Below are positions 9,478-18,597 of a DNA stretch of 64,000 nucleotides, one piece after another. The DNA lies in the NCBI GenBank assembly GCA_964395905.1, contig CAYNCP010000002.1:117320-181319 (forward strand), written 5' to 3'. The position numbers were made by a program, and so were the translations under genes. The notes below the pieces were generated by a model. It did no database searches, was not told where the DNA came from, and saw only the letters and a list, made by a program, of their open reading frames with translations. This stretch comes from an uncultured Ohtaekwangia sp. (GTDB taxonomy: Bacteria > Bacteroidota > Bacteroidia > Cytophagales > Cyclobacteriaceae). The first letter of the stretch is position 1; every line of letters begins with the position of its first letter.

Positions 9478-10782
9478 ATGGTAGAAGAAAAGGTTAAATT
9501 CAAAGTAAAAGACATTAAACTGGCTGACTGGGGCCGTAAAGAAATTGAACTGGCCGAGGCTGAAATGCCCGGTTTAATGGCCATCAGGGAAGAGTATGGC
9601 CCTAAGAAACCCTTAAAAAATGCAAGAATAGCGGGTTGTCTGCATATGACCATCCAAACTGCCGTTTTGATTGAAACATTGACTGAGTTGGGTGCGCAGG
9701 TTTCATGGTCATCGTGCAATATATTTTCCACGCAAGATCACGCTGCTGCCGCCATCGCCAAGGCGGGAATTCCTGTTTTTGCATGGAAAGGCATGAATGA
9801 GCAGGAATTTGATTGGTGCATTGAGCAAACATTGCATGCCTTTGAAGGGGGAGAGCCATTAAATATGATACTTGACGATGGTGGCGATCTCACCAATATG
9901 GTGTTGGATCGTTTCCCGGAGTTGGTCCCTGGGATCAAAGGCATTTCTGAAGAAACCACCACCGGTGTTCATCGATTGGTTGAGCGCATGCAGAAGGGCA
10001 CTTTGCCCATGCCAGCCATCAACGTAAATGATTCAGTGACCAAGTCAAAATTTGACAACAAATACGGATGTAAAGAATCCTGTGTTGACGCGATCCGCAG
10101 GGCAACGGATGTAATGATTGCAGGCAAAGTAGCTGTTGTGGCCGGATACGGAGACGTTGGAAAGGGATCTGCCGCTTCACTTCGTGGCGCAGGAGCCCGT
10201 GTTATTGTTACTGAAATTGATCCTATTTGTGCATTGCAGGCTGCCATGGACGGTTATGCGGTGAAGCGCATGGACAATGCCGTGAAAGAAGCAGACATCG
10301 TGGTGACAGCAACAGGAAACTTTAATATCCTTGTTGAACGACACTTCAAATCCATGAAGGATAAGACCATAGTTTGTAACATTGGCCATTTTGACAATGA
10401 GATTGATGTGGCCTGGTTGAACAAGAACACGAAAAAGGACACCATTAAACCACAGGTGGACATTTATACCCTGGACAATGGAAATCAGATTATCCTGTTG
10501 GCCGAAGGCCGTCTGGTTAATTTGGGTTGTGCGATGGGCCATCCTTCATTTGTGATGTCCAATTCCTTTAGCAATCAGGTATTGGCGCAGCTGGAGTTGT
10601 GGAACAACACAGATCAGTATGAGAACAAAGTGTACATGTTGCCTAAGCATTTGGACGAAAAAGTAGCAGCCTTCCACCTGAAGAAAATTGGTGTAGAGCT
10701 GGATACGCTTTCGAATGAGCAAGCAAAGTACATTGGTGTAGAGCCAAAAGGTCCTTTCAAACCTGATTACTATCGTTATTAA
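9478..10782 (+). CDS. ahcY: Adenosylhomocysteinase
   Basis: [67 protein letters not shown]. Confidence 0.98.
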   Translation: MVEEKVKFKVKDIKLADWGRKEIELAEAEMPGLMAIREEYGPKKPLKNARIAGCLHMTIQTAVLIETLTELGAQVSWSSCNIFSTQDHAAAAIAKAGIPVFAWKGMNEQEFDWCIEQTLHAFEGGEPLNMILDDGGDLTNMVLDRFPELVPGIKGISEETTTGVHRLVERMQKGTLPMPAINVNDSVTKSKFDNKYGCKESCVDAIRRATDVMIAGKVAVVAGYGDVGKGSAASLRGAGARVIVTEIDPICALQAAMDGYAVKRMDNAVKEADIVVTATGNFNILVERHFKSMKDKTIVCNIGHFDNEIDVAWLNKNTKKDTIKPQVDIYTLDNGNQIILLAEGRLVNLGCAMGHPSFVMSNSFSNQVLAQLELWNNTDQYENKVYMLPKHLDEKVAAFHLKKIGVELDTLSNEQAKYIGVEPKGPFKPDYYRY

Positions 10783-10802
10783 TCAGCAATAAATCTTTTT
10801 TT

Positions 10803-10845
10803 GAAGCCCATGTAATGGTAAATTGCATGGGCTTCCTATTTTTTT
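10803..10845 (+). terminator. Intrinsic terminator after ahcY
   Basis: GAAGCCCATGTAAT-GGTAA-ATTGCATGGGCTTC hairpin followed by a T-rich run. Confidence 0.75.
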
Positions 10846-10858
10846 AAACTAACTCAAG

Positions 10859-11101
10859 ATGAAAACTTTTTTAATCTTGGTAGCCGTATCACTTGGCATA
10901 AGCGCTACTCCCGACAGTAAGCTTGAACTTGTCTGCGTCAAAAACAGCAAAGCCAAAAATACCTGCTACTACAACTTTAAGGTCGATGGCAAGCAATATC
11001 AGTTTATGGATATTGGTTGCAGGTACAGCCGGGAAAGGGTGTTGCAAAAAGTGGAACAGGGCACCATCGCCTTAGGTAAAGACTGGAAGGTGCCCTGTTG
11101 A
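10859..11101 (+). CDS. Small secreted hypothetical protein (80 aa, 4 Cys)
   Basis: Signal-peptide-like MKTFLILVAVSLGISA; A-rich leader before ATG; fills the gap between terminator and the convergent gene. Confidence 0.65.
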   Translation: MKTFLILVAVSLGISATPDSKLELVCVKNSKAKNTCYYNFKVDGKQYQFMDIGCRYSRERVLQKVEQGTIALGKDWKVPC

Positions 11102-11115
11102 TTGCTTTCAGTACA

Positions 11116-11493
11116 TTAACCTGGCTTTGAGTTCTTTAGCGCGAAGCTGAGCGCGAACCAGATGATGTAAGAAAGTACGTATATAAACAGGCCGTACAAG
11201 GTGGTAATCATCGAAACTTTCAATCCACCTGCAAGCATGGCTGAAGATACACTACCCATGGCTTCGATGCCCATGAAGGCCTGATAGAGGCCAATCAGCT
11301 GACCCAATATGCCAATAATCAATGCAAAAAGACCCACCGACTTGACATAGGATATCTTTATCCGATCATGATCACTTTTAGATCCTTTTAAAACTGGCAG
11401 GCCGTTAAAAACAGCTACAGCTATCATAGCCAATAATATCAGTGTCAAAATGCCCATAAAAAGGGGTCCTCCCATGAAGTACAATTCCATCAT
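11116..11493 (-). CDS. Short MotA/TolQ/ExbB proton-channel-like membrane protein (3 TM)
   Basis: GGPLFMGILT; GLFALIIGILGQLIGLYQAF; AGGLKVSMITTLYGL. Start placed at ATG 11493 (track start 11517 is a TTG). Confidence 0.7.
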   Translation of the reverse strand: MMELYFMGGPLFMGILTLILLAMIAVAVFNGLPVLKGSKSDHDRIKISYVKSVGLFALIIGILGQLIGLYQAFMGIEAMGSVSSAMLAGGLKVSMITTLYGLFIYVLSYIIWFALSFALKNSKPG

Positions 11494-11528
11494 AACTTTA
11501 AAACTAGGTTGAGTCAATTATTATGCAT

Positions 11529-11536
11529 CAAAATTA
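11529..11536 (-). promoter_or_regulatory. Bacteroidota -7 promoter element (TAATTTTG) for the MotA-like gene
   Basis: Exact match to the TAnnTTTG consensus about 36 nt upstream of the ATG. Confidence 0.5.
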
Positions 11537-11638
11537 GGAATGAGAGGAGACCCGAAACAAGGTCATATCCATCTGTAAATCCGTTATCCATCGATTTAAT
11601 TGATGAATAACCATTAAAAAAAATCATTTTTGTAATTG

Positions 11639-12397
11639 ATGAACAGGCGGATATCATATCATTTGTGCTTTTGGGCGCTCTCCATCTTATTTCTGACTTT
11701 TTATTTTGGACGACATAACGAAGAATATGATAAGGCTTTTTACTTTGCCTCGTTCCTTATGCCTGTAGTGATGGGCACCAGCTATTTCTTTAGTTACTAC
11801 CTGATTCCCAAATTCTTGTTACCCGGTCGATACGGCAAATTCTCGTTGTATTTTATTTACCTGATCATTATTTCTTTGTATTTGGAAATGCTGGTGGTGA
11901 CGGCATCGTTTGTCATTTTGGCCAATTATCAGTACGACAAAATGCTGCCAATTACCGTGGACGCGATTTCTATGGGCATTACGTTGTACTTAATTGTTTT
12001 TGGGGTGGCTTTCATCCGAATGATTTCGGTGCTTCGACAGCATGCAGAAGAAAAAAATCAGTTGCAAAGTGAAATTGCTAGGAATCAGATAGAAACCATC
12101 ACGGTGGTGGCTGATCGAAATAAAGTCCCACTACCTGTATCAGAAATACTTTTTATAGAAAGCCTGGCAGACTATGTAAAAATTATTTCGATAAAAGGAA
12201 GTTTGGTTACGAAGGAGAAAATCAGTTCGTTGAACGATCGATTACCAACCCACTTTATTAGGATTCACCGCTCTTATATGGTTAATAAAAATCACATTCA
12301 ATCCTTCAACAAGGAAAAGGTGGTAGTCGGGAATGAGGAACTACCTATCAGCAGGTCATATCGAAGGTCAGTTGAAGAGATGATGATGAAACGTTAA
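11639..12397 (+). CDS. Membrane-anchored LytTR DNA-binding protein (N-terminal TM sensor region, no receiver domain)
   Basis: About four hydrophobic helices in aa 1-130, then LytTR signatures ILFIESLADYVKI and FIRIHRSYMVN...ELPISRSY. Confidence 0.85.
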   Translation: MNRRISYHLCFWALSILFLTFYFGRHNEEYDKAFYFASFLMPVVMGTSYFFSYYLIPKFLLPGRYGKFSLYFIYLIIISLYLEMLVVTASFVILANYQYDKMLPITVDAISMGITLYLIVFGVAFIRMISVLRQHAEEKNQLQSEIARNQIETITVVADRNKVPLPVSEILFIESLADYVKIISIKGSLVTKEKISSLNDRLPTHFIRIHRSYMVNKNHIQSFNKEKVVVGNEELPISRSYRRSVEEMMMKR

Positions 12398-12415
12398 TGA
12401 AAAAGCACCTAAATG

Positions 12416-12449
12416 AAAGAGGCTCAAGCTTGCTTGAGCCTCTTTTTTT
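12416..12449. terminator. Bidirectional intrinsic terminator between the LytTR gene and the TonB-dependent receptor gene
   Basis: Perfect 14-bp inverted repeat AAAGAGGCTCAAGC-TT-GCTTGAGCCTCTTT followed by Ts, between convergent genes. Confidence 0.85.
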
Positions 12450-12465
12450 ATGACACTTAAAAAAA

Positions 12466-15231
12466 TTAGAATCTTACGTTTACGGCTAGGTTGATTAACA
12501 TACCCAGCTGACTGAAATGATATCCATCGTATGTCATTTGAGAATAACGCTGATTAAATGTGATCAGGTTAGATTCATTTTTCAATACGACAGGATCTGC
12601 CAGCAGGGCTTCTCCTGTAGGGCCGTCAGCTACAAATTCCCACTCAGGTACCACATTCAACAAGTTGTTCAGGTTCAATGTGAAATTTACCTTTTCAGAA
12701 GCAGCGTAATTGATACTTAAGTCAGTTACCACCTTTGGAATAAATTCAGTTCTCAAGTCGGAATTCATACCCTGTTGTTTGAAGGTAGTTTTACCGAAGT
12801 AAGTATTATTAAGGGAGAATATGAATTTATTCACACTATAATCTACACCCAGAATCCATTTTGTTTTTGGTCTTGACGTAAAGAAAAGTGCTTCTTGGGT
12901 GGCATCTACAACTGATTGACCTGAATTGGCAACGAACGCAGGGTTGTTGACCGCACCGTCTCTTTCGTTTTCGATGGTATAGTTACCTGCAAGGTTAAAT
13001 CTTAACGGTCCTGATTTGTAGTTAGCCACCACATCAATTCCTGATGTACGGGTATCAATAGCGTTAACGAAAAAACTGATATCAGATAATCCCTGGAAAG
13101 CTGGACCAGCCGGAGGGATAATCTCATTGCTTAATACAATTCTGTCTTTCACCTGAATGTTGTAGTAGTCAACAGTGAAGTTGAAATTCTCATTGGGTCT
13201 TGCGCCCAAACCTACAGTTAAGTTGGTGGATGTTTCAGCATCCAATTGCGGAATTTTCAAGAGTGTGGCTTCCCTTGAAACATTGCTCACCAGACCACCC
13301 ACCTGGATACCTTGCCCTGGGATGAAGCTATACTGTGCTTTCTGGGTATAAATCTGATGCAAAGTAGGTGCCCTAAAACCGGTCGATACTGATCCTCTGA
13401 GGGTGATCTTATCTTCCATAAATTTATAACGTGAGCTCACTTTCCAAACGAAGGCACTTCCAAAGTCGCTGTAGTTTTCTACGCGCGCTGTACCGTTTAA
13501 AAGAAAATCTTTAGTTACATCAAAAGCCAAATCGAAATAACCACCAAAGTTGTATCGATTGAATTTTCCGGAATTCTCTGGTCGGTTACCAGCAAAAGAG
13601 TCAGCACCACCACCATCGTATGACGACAGTTCACCTTCAATTACCGTAAACGTTTCGGACCTGAACTCAGATCCAAATGCAATACCGATTTGGTCAGAAA
13701 CTACTTTTGAAATATCAACGTTACCGACCGAATGATTGAATTGCGTTCCGCCCGGATCAAAAGACACCTGACTATTTTCACGATACAGGCTTGAACTGGG
13801 AACCATCTCACCTGGATCAACAATACCATCTGTGTTGGCGTCTATCCATTGTGCGGGAGAATAAACAAAATTTCTATTGTGTGAATTTACCACCCTGTAC
13901 GTTTGACGGTTGCCACCCGTTGTAAAGCTTACGTCATAAATCCAACCGTTTTGTTTGGATTTAAAACCGACCGTTCCATTGTAATCATTGAGGTCACCAT
14001 CAAAAGTAGGCACATAACCATTGTACCCGCCAGCATTGGTTGGGTGATCGCCAGGGAAGAAGTCAGCCAAATACGGAAAATCTGCAAGGGTCCTCCAGTA
14101 AGGAGTTCTGTAATTGGCAAAGCTGTTTACTTTTTTGTAGACATAGGCGGCATTGGCGTACACGTTTGTATTTTCATTGATATCAAATCCTCCATTTACT
14201 AAAAATTTGGAGGCGGTAGTCTCAGGAGATCCGTTGATATTGCCTGCATCAGGTTTCATGGCCAAGAATGTCTGTACGTCTGCCAGTGCTGCGCCAAAGT
14301 CGCCAGCTTCACCGGCAGCATCCACTGTACCTGGTCTGTTGGCCAGATTAACTTTGGATAAATCAACGGTGTAATTCAAAAAGCCCTTTCCATCTCCAAG
14401 ACTGGTTCCATTATTCAAACTCAGCCCCACTGTTTCGCCATCGCCTTCTGAAGTCATCCCGGTTCTCAAAGTAAATGATCCTCCGTCTGTACCATCATTA
14501 AGTATGATGTTCATTACGCCCGCAATGGCATCAGAACCATATTGAGCCGATGCACCATCTCTCAGAATTTCCACTCGCTTGATGGCATCGGTTGGAATGG
14601 CTGAGATATCTGCTCCTGTTTCTCCACGACCGGGAGAAGTTTGGGTATAAAGCAGTGCACTTAAATTTTTACGTTTTCCATTGATCAAAATCAACGTTCT
14701 GCTGGGGCCCATGTTCCTGATTTCATACGGGTCCAATAACGAAGTCGCATCGTTAACCGGAGTTTGCACGGTGTTGAATGAAGGAACGCGATATTGCAAG
14801 GCTTTATCGAAAGTCATTTGACCGGTTGATTTCAAGTTGTCACTGGACAAAATGTCTACGGGCAACGGGGTATCGGTGACCGATCGGGGCTGGGTACGCG
14901 AACCTACAATAATGACTCCTCCCAATTCAGTTACGTCTTCTAAAAGTGTAATGCTAAGATTGCGATTTTCACCTGCAGCAAGGGTGATGTCTTGTGTTTG
15001 CGAGACATATCCAATATAGCTGAAGGTTACTTTGTGTGTGCCTGCAGAAAGAGACAGGGTATATCTTCCGTCTGTATCGGTGACGGTTCCGATATTGGAT
15101 CCGGCACTTACGGTGGCCCCGATTACTGGTCCATCACTACTATTTACAACGCCTGATAGCGTTTGTGCCTGTACAAAAGCAGGCAGGGCCAATAGCAGTA
15201 ATAGCGCATATGCGTTTTTTACTATTCTCAT
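12466..15231 (-). CDS. TonB-dependent receptor with N-terminal carboxypeptidase-regulatory-like domain
   Basis: Signal peptide; plug motifs RTLILINGKR and IKRVEILRDGASAQYGSDAIAGVMNI; beta-barrel ending in VNVRF. Confidence 0.92.
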   Translation of the reverse strand: MRIVKNAYALLLLLALPAFVQAQTLSGVVNSSDGPVIGATVSAGSNIGTVTDTDGRYTLSLSAGTHKVTFSYIGYVSQTQDITLAAGENRNLSITLLEDVTELGGVIIVGSRTQPRSVTDTPLPVDILSSDNLKSTGQMTFDKALQYRVPSFNTVQTPVNDATSLLDPYEIRNMGPSRTLILINGKRKNLSALLYTQTSPGRGETGADISAIPTDAIKRVEILRDGASAQYGSDAIAGVMNIILNDGTDGGSFTLRTGMTSEGDGETVGLSLNNGTSLGDGKGFLNYTVDLSKVNLANRPGTVDAAGEAGDFGAALADVQTFLAMKPDAGNINGSPETTASKFLVNGGFDINENTNVYANAAYVYKKVNSFANYRTPYWRTLADFPYLADFFPGDHPTNAGGYNGYVPTFDGDLNDYNGTVGFKSKQNGWIYDVSFTTGGNRQTYRVVNSHNRNFVYSPAQWIDANTDGIVDPGEMVPSSSLYRENSQVSFDPGGTQFNHSVGNVDISKVVSDQIGIAFGSEFRSETFTVIEGELSSYDGGGADSFAGNRPENSGKFNRYNFGGYFDLAFDVTKDFLLNGTARVENYSDFGSAFVWKVSSRYKFMEDKITLRGSVSTGFRAPTLHQIYTQKAQYSFIPGQGIQVGGLVSNVSREATLLKIPQLDAETSTNLTVGLGARPNENFNFTVDYYNIQVKDRIVLSNEIIPPAGPAFQGLSDISFFVNAIDTRTSGIDVVANYKSGPLRFNLAGNYTIENERDGAVNNPAFVANSGQSVVDATQEALFFTSRPKTKWILGVDYSVNKFIFSLNNTYFGKTTFKQQGMNSDLRTEFIPKVVTDLSINYAASEKVNFTLNLNNLLNVVPEWEFVADGPTGEALLADPVVLKNESNLITFNQRYSQMTYDGYHFSQLGMLINLAVNVRF

Positions 15232-15493
15232 AAGTTATGTTGGTTATTTGGTTTTTGATTTACTGATCAGCCGTTGCTGATTCAGATTCTTTTCGTGAAA
15301 GGAATCTTCAAATTCCAGTGATTTTGACAGGTAATTTTCTTTTCAGGTAGAGTTATAATACATAGGTTTTACTTTGGTTAAATGGCAAATTATAGAAATG
15401 TACGGTTAAAAAGTCATTTTAACTAACTGGGTGCAGTAGATTCTTTTTGAGTGTGAATCCGTTATTTCCCGGCCATTCCTTTGCTATGTCTAA

Positions 15494-15649
15494 GACTTTT
15501 CCATTGTCATAACAATTAAGTTTAATTTGAACAAAAGTATTTCTATACCCGCAGTCTATACCGCTTTAAAACGGTTGGAATACAATCGGTTGGGTGAAAT
15601 CCACCTTTGGAAATGGACCAGGATTCGGAAGCGAAAGCATATTGGTTGA
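15494..15649 (+). pseudogene. Possible PadR-family regulator remnant
   Basis: Start-less open stretch between stops reads DFSIVITIKFNLNKSISIPAVYTALKRLEYNRL...RIRKRK, resembling the PadR recognition helix (S.GAVYTAL.RLE). Confidence 0.35.
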
Positions 15650-15763
15650 GGAAACTCCCCTGGCCATCATGAAGGTGGTGCTGACTAAATTGTAACGCTG
15701 ATTTTAGCTTGTATCACGCAGATGCAACCTTTGTTATACAGTTCATCCCAAATCTATCATCCA

Positions 15764-18175
15764 TTATTCACTGCGGAGTGCATTTACCGGATTACTTAAA
15801 GTTGCATTTACGATTTGTATGCTGATGGTTATCACTGTAATGAACAGGGTAATAAGAATCGTGTATAGAAAAATCATGAAATTGAGTTGCAGGTGATAAG
15901 CAAATCCGTTCAGCCATTGCTTTGCAAAATAAATCACCAAAGGAATAGCTGCCATATTGGCCACCACTACCAGCAACAAAAATTCCCTTGAAAGCAAAGA
16001 GGCAAGGTTCCACATGCTTGCCCCCAGTATCTTTCTGAGGCCAATCTCTTTGGTTTTGGCTGTAATCAGGAATGAGACCAAACCGAACAAACCTATTGCA
16101 GCTATCAAAATGGTGATGACGGAAAATAGGGAGAATACTTTGGCAGTTTGTTGCTCTTTGGCATATTGATTGGCAAATGTATCACTCAGGAAAAAGTAGC
16201 TGAACTCATTTTGAGGAAAGTAGGTCGTCCAAACACTGCTTAAGGTTTCAATCAGATTTTTTGTATCAGCGGCAGCAAATCGAATGGCGTACAGATAGGA
16301 ATACTCATTGTTGAAATCAATGGCACTGGGAGCGATTTTATTTTGAAGCCCAAGGTCATGGTAGTTTTTGACTACGCCAATCACAATGCCTGCCGGACGC
16401 TGCGATGGGCTGACAATTCTTTTGCCGATGGCATTTTCTGGTGTTTCCCAACCCATCTGTAATACGGCCTCTTCATTGATAATCAAACCATCTTCATCTG
16501 ATTTTCTGTCGGGATCGAAATTGCGACCTGCCAGCAAGGTCAGGTCCAACGTACTTATGTAGTTTTCATCCGCAGCAATGTATTGCATCTCTACCAGGTA
16601 ATCTCCATCTTCCTTGCCCTCCGGGTACGCCCACTGTCCGCGCCAGCCAGATACGGCTGGAAGTGCATTGCAAAACGACACTTCTTTCACCACGGTTTGT
16701 CCTTTCAGTTCGTTCAAGAATCCATCGTACGTATTGCCGTCCGTCAGTTGGGTACGGGCCACATTGATCACCAACACTTCATCGCTGGTGAAACCCAGCT
16801 CGCGACTTTGCATGTATTGCAATTGATTGATAACAATCAGCGTGCCTGCTACCAGGCTTACCGAAATGATAAACTGTGCCACCACGAGTACACGCCTCAG
16901 TTGAACTCCCTTAGAGCTGGTGTGCATTTTTCCCTTCAAAATTTCTGCTGGTTTGTAAGCGGAAATCACCCATGCCGGATAGTAGCCTGCGCATAACGCA
17001 ATGAAAGCCAACAGCGCGAAAATACCGATGATGATTTGGGCATCAAGCAAGGCAGCCATGGTATAATTTTTGGTGAGCAATTGATTGAACATGGGCAAGA
17101 ACATGCCAATGATTGCTATGGCAATTACAAATGAGAAAAGCGTAATGACCAACGACTCACTTAAAAACTGACCCACCAATCGCGTACGCGAAGAGCCCAC
17201 TACTTTCTTGACCCCTACTTCTTTGGCCCGGTAAACTGAGCGAGCCGTGGCCAAATTGATAAAGTTGATGCAGGCCAGTATGATGACAAACAACGCGACA
17301 CCACTCAACAAATAAACCGTAGTGATGCTTCCCAGAGGGCCCATGCCATTGCCGGCATTTGATTGCAGGTAGATCTCTTTCATAGGTTCGAACCCTATAG
17401 CAGCTTTGACGCCCCATTGTTGCATCATTTCACCAGCATACTGGTTATAGAGATTTTGCGCTTTTTTGAAGAAGTCCTGCGCATTGGTGTTGGGTTTGAG
17501 CAGCACATAGTTGCGCATATTAAAATTGCCCCACCCGGTAGTATAACTAAAGTCAGGAGATAACTTCTCAAACGATGCGAATGATGGCAGCAAGTCGGCT
17601 ACCATGTGCGAGTTGGAGGGTATGTCTTTCATCACACCGGTGATATGAAATTCTAACGTATCGTTAAAAATCAAAGTCTTGCCTAAAGCAGACTGACCGG
17701 GAAAATATTTGGCCTCCATCTTTTCCGAGATCACGATGGAGAAAGGTTTTTGTAAAGCCGATTCGGCATTGCCCTGAATGAGCGGAAATGAGAACAAGGT
17801 GAAAAATTCGGGGCTGACGAAATGTGCCTTTTCACGCACTTTCTTTCCTTCGAAAGTTACCATCAAATTGCCGGCACTGCGGGTGTACAATACTTGCTCC
17901 ACTTCCGGAAATTCACGCCTCAATATGTCACCAATGGGCCAGGCATTGGTTTCGTTTCTTCCCCCCTGGCCCTGATCACTGTTGAAGATGGTAATCACCC
18001 GATAAAGCCGGTCTTTATTGGCATGAAACTTATCGAAGGATAGCTCATCCAGTGCATACAACATGATTAATATTCCGGCCGAAAGGCCCAACGCCAACCC
18101 GACCAGGTTGATCAGGGTGTAGCCTTTGAATTTCATCAGGCTGCGCAGGGTTATTTTTAGGTAATGTTGGAGCAT
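15764..18175 (-). CDS. ABC transporter permease, MacB/FtsX family (duplicated Bacteroidota ~800-aa type)
   Basis: INLVGLALG, IILACINFINLATARS..RAKEVGVKKVVGS, AAIGLFGL...KTKEIGLRKILGA. Confidence 0.92.
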   Translation of the reverse strand: MLQHYLKITLRSLMKFKGYTLINLVGLALGLSAGILIMLYALDELSFDKFHANKDRLYRVITIFNSDQGQGGRNETNAWPIGDILRREFPEVEQVLYTRSAGNLMVTFEGKKVREKAHFVSPEFFTLFSFPLIQGNAESALQKPFSIVISEKMEAKYFPGQSALGKTLIFNDTLEFHITGVMKDIPSNSHMVADLLPSFASFEKLSPDFSYTTGWGNFNMRNYVLLKPNTNAQDFFKKAQNLYNQYAGEMMQQWGVKAAIGFEPMKEIYLQSNAGNGMGPLGSITTVYLLSGVALFVIILACINFINLATARSVYRAKEVGVKKVVGSSRTRLVGQFLSESLVITLFSFVIAIAIIGMFLPMFNQLLTKNYTMAALLDAQIIIGIFALLAFIALCAGYYPAWVISAYKPAEILKGKMHTSSKGVQLRRVLVVAQFIISVSLVAGTLIVINQLQYMQSRELGFTSDEVLVINVARTQLTDGNTYDGFLNELKGQTVVKEVSFCNALPAVSGWRGQWAYPEGKEDGDYLVEMQYIAADENYISTLDLTLLAGRNFDPDRKSDEDGLIINEEAVLQMGWETPENAIGKRIVSPSQRPAGIVIGVVKNYHDLGLQNKIAPSAIDFNNEYSYLYAIRFAAADTKNLIETLSSVWTTYFPQNEFSYFFLSDTFANQYAKEQQTAKVFSLFSVITILIAAIGLFGLVSFLITAKTKEIGLRKILGASMWNLASLLSREFLLLVVVANMAAIPLVIYFAKQWLNGFAYHLQLNFMIFLYTILITLFITVITISIQIVNATLSNPVNALRSE

Positions 18176-18222
18176 AAACAGGATTGATTTGAAGTACCAA
18201 ATTCAGTGCGCCCAATGCGTGT

Positions 18223-18312
18223 ACATTAATTATGCCATCAGAAAACAAGTTAATTTCTGACGATTTCTATAATAGCATGTCCTAAATTGGATTTTTTGTT
18301 TCAAAAGCGGAC
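18223..18312 (-). promoter_or_regulatory. Putative sigma-54-type promoter with upstream palindromic activator sites for the permease
   Basis: Minus strand TGGCATAATTAATGT (18237-18223) has -24/-12 spacing with GT instead of GC; imperfect palindromes at 18278-18293 and 18297-18312 (GTCCGCTTTTGAAACA). Confidence 0.3.
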
Positions 18313-18410
18313 GGAATTAGTGGAAATGGAAAACAACCAATGAATGGTAGATTGTCTGCCCCTGTGGTCTGCAATACCCAGCCAAATTTACTCTCACGGA
18401 TTCATCAAAT

Positions 18411-18441
18411 AAAAAAAGCCACTCATCTCTGAATGGCTTTT
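18411..18441 (-). terminator. Terminator downstream of tRNA-Asn
   Basis: AAAAGCCA...TGGCTTTT hairpin with an A-run on the plus strand (U-tract on minus). Confidence 0.65.
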
Positions 18442-18447
18442 GCTCTC

Positions 18448-18480
18448 GCTTGAACCTGCCTGCGACCGGCAGGCTTGAAC
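18448..18480. repeat. REP-like CCTGCC..GGCAGG palindrome flanked by an 8-bp direct repeat (GCTTGAAC)
   Basis: GCTTGAAC-CTGCCTGCGACCGGCAG-GCTTGAAC, read directly. Confidence 0.6.
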
Positions 18481-18495
18481 TAAGGTGAATTGATG

Positions 18496-18569
18496 CTCTC
18501 CCTCTTGGACTTGAACCAAGGACCCTCTGATTAACAGTCAGATGCTCTAACCAGCTGAGCTAAGGGAGA
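18496..18569 (-). tRNA. tRNA-Asn (GTT)
   Basis: TCTCCCT/AGGGAGA acceptor stem, D-arm GCTCAGCTGGTTAGAGC, anticodon arm TCTGA-CTGTTAA-TCAGA, T-loop GGTTCAAGTCC; CCA not encoded. Confidence 0.97.
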
Positions 18570-18597
18570 ATAATACTGCCGGGATTTCTCAAATGGC

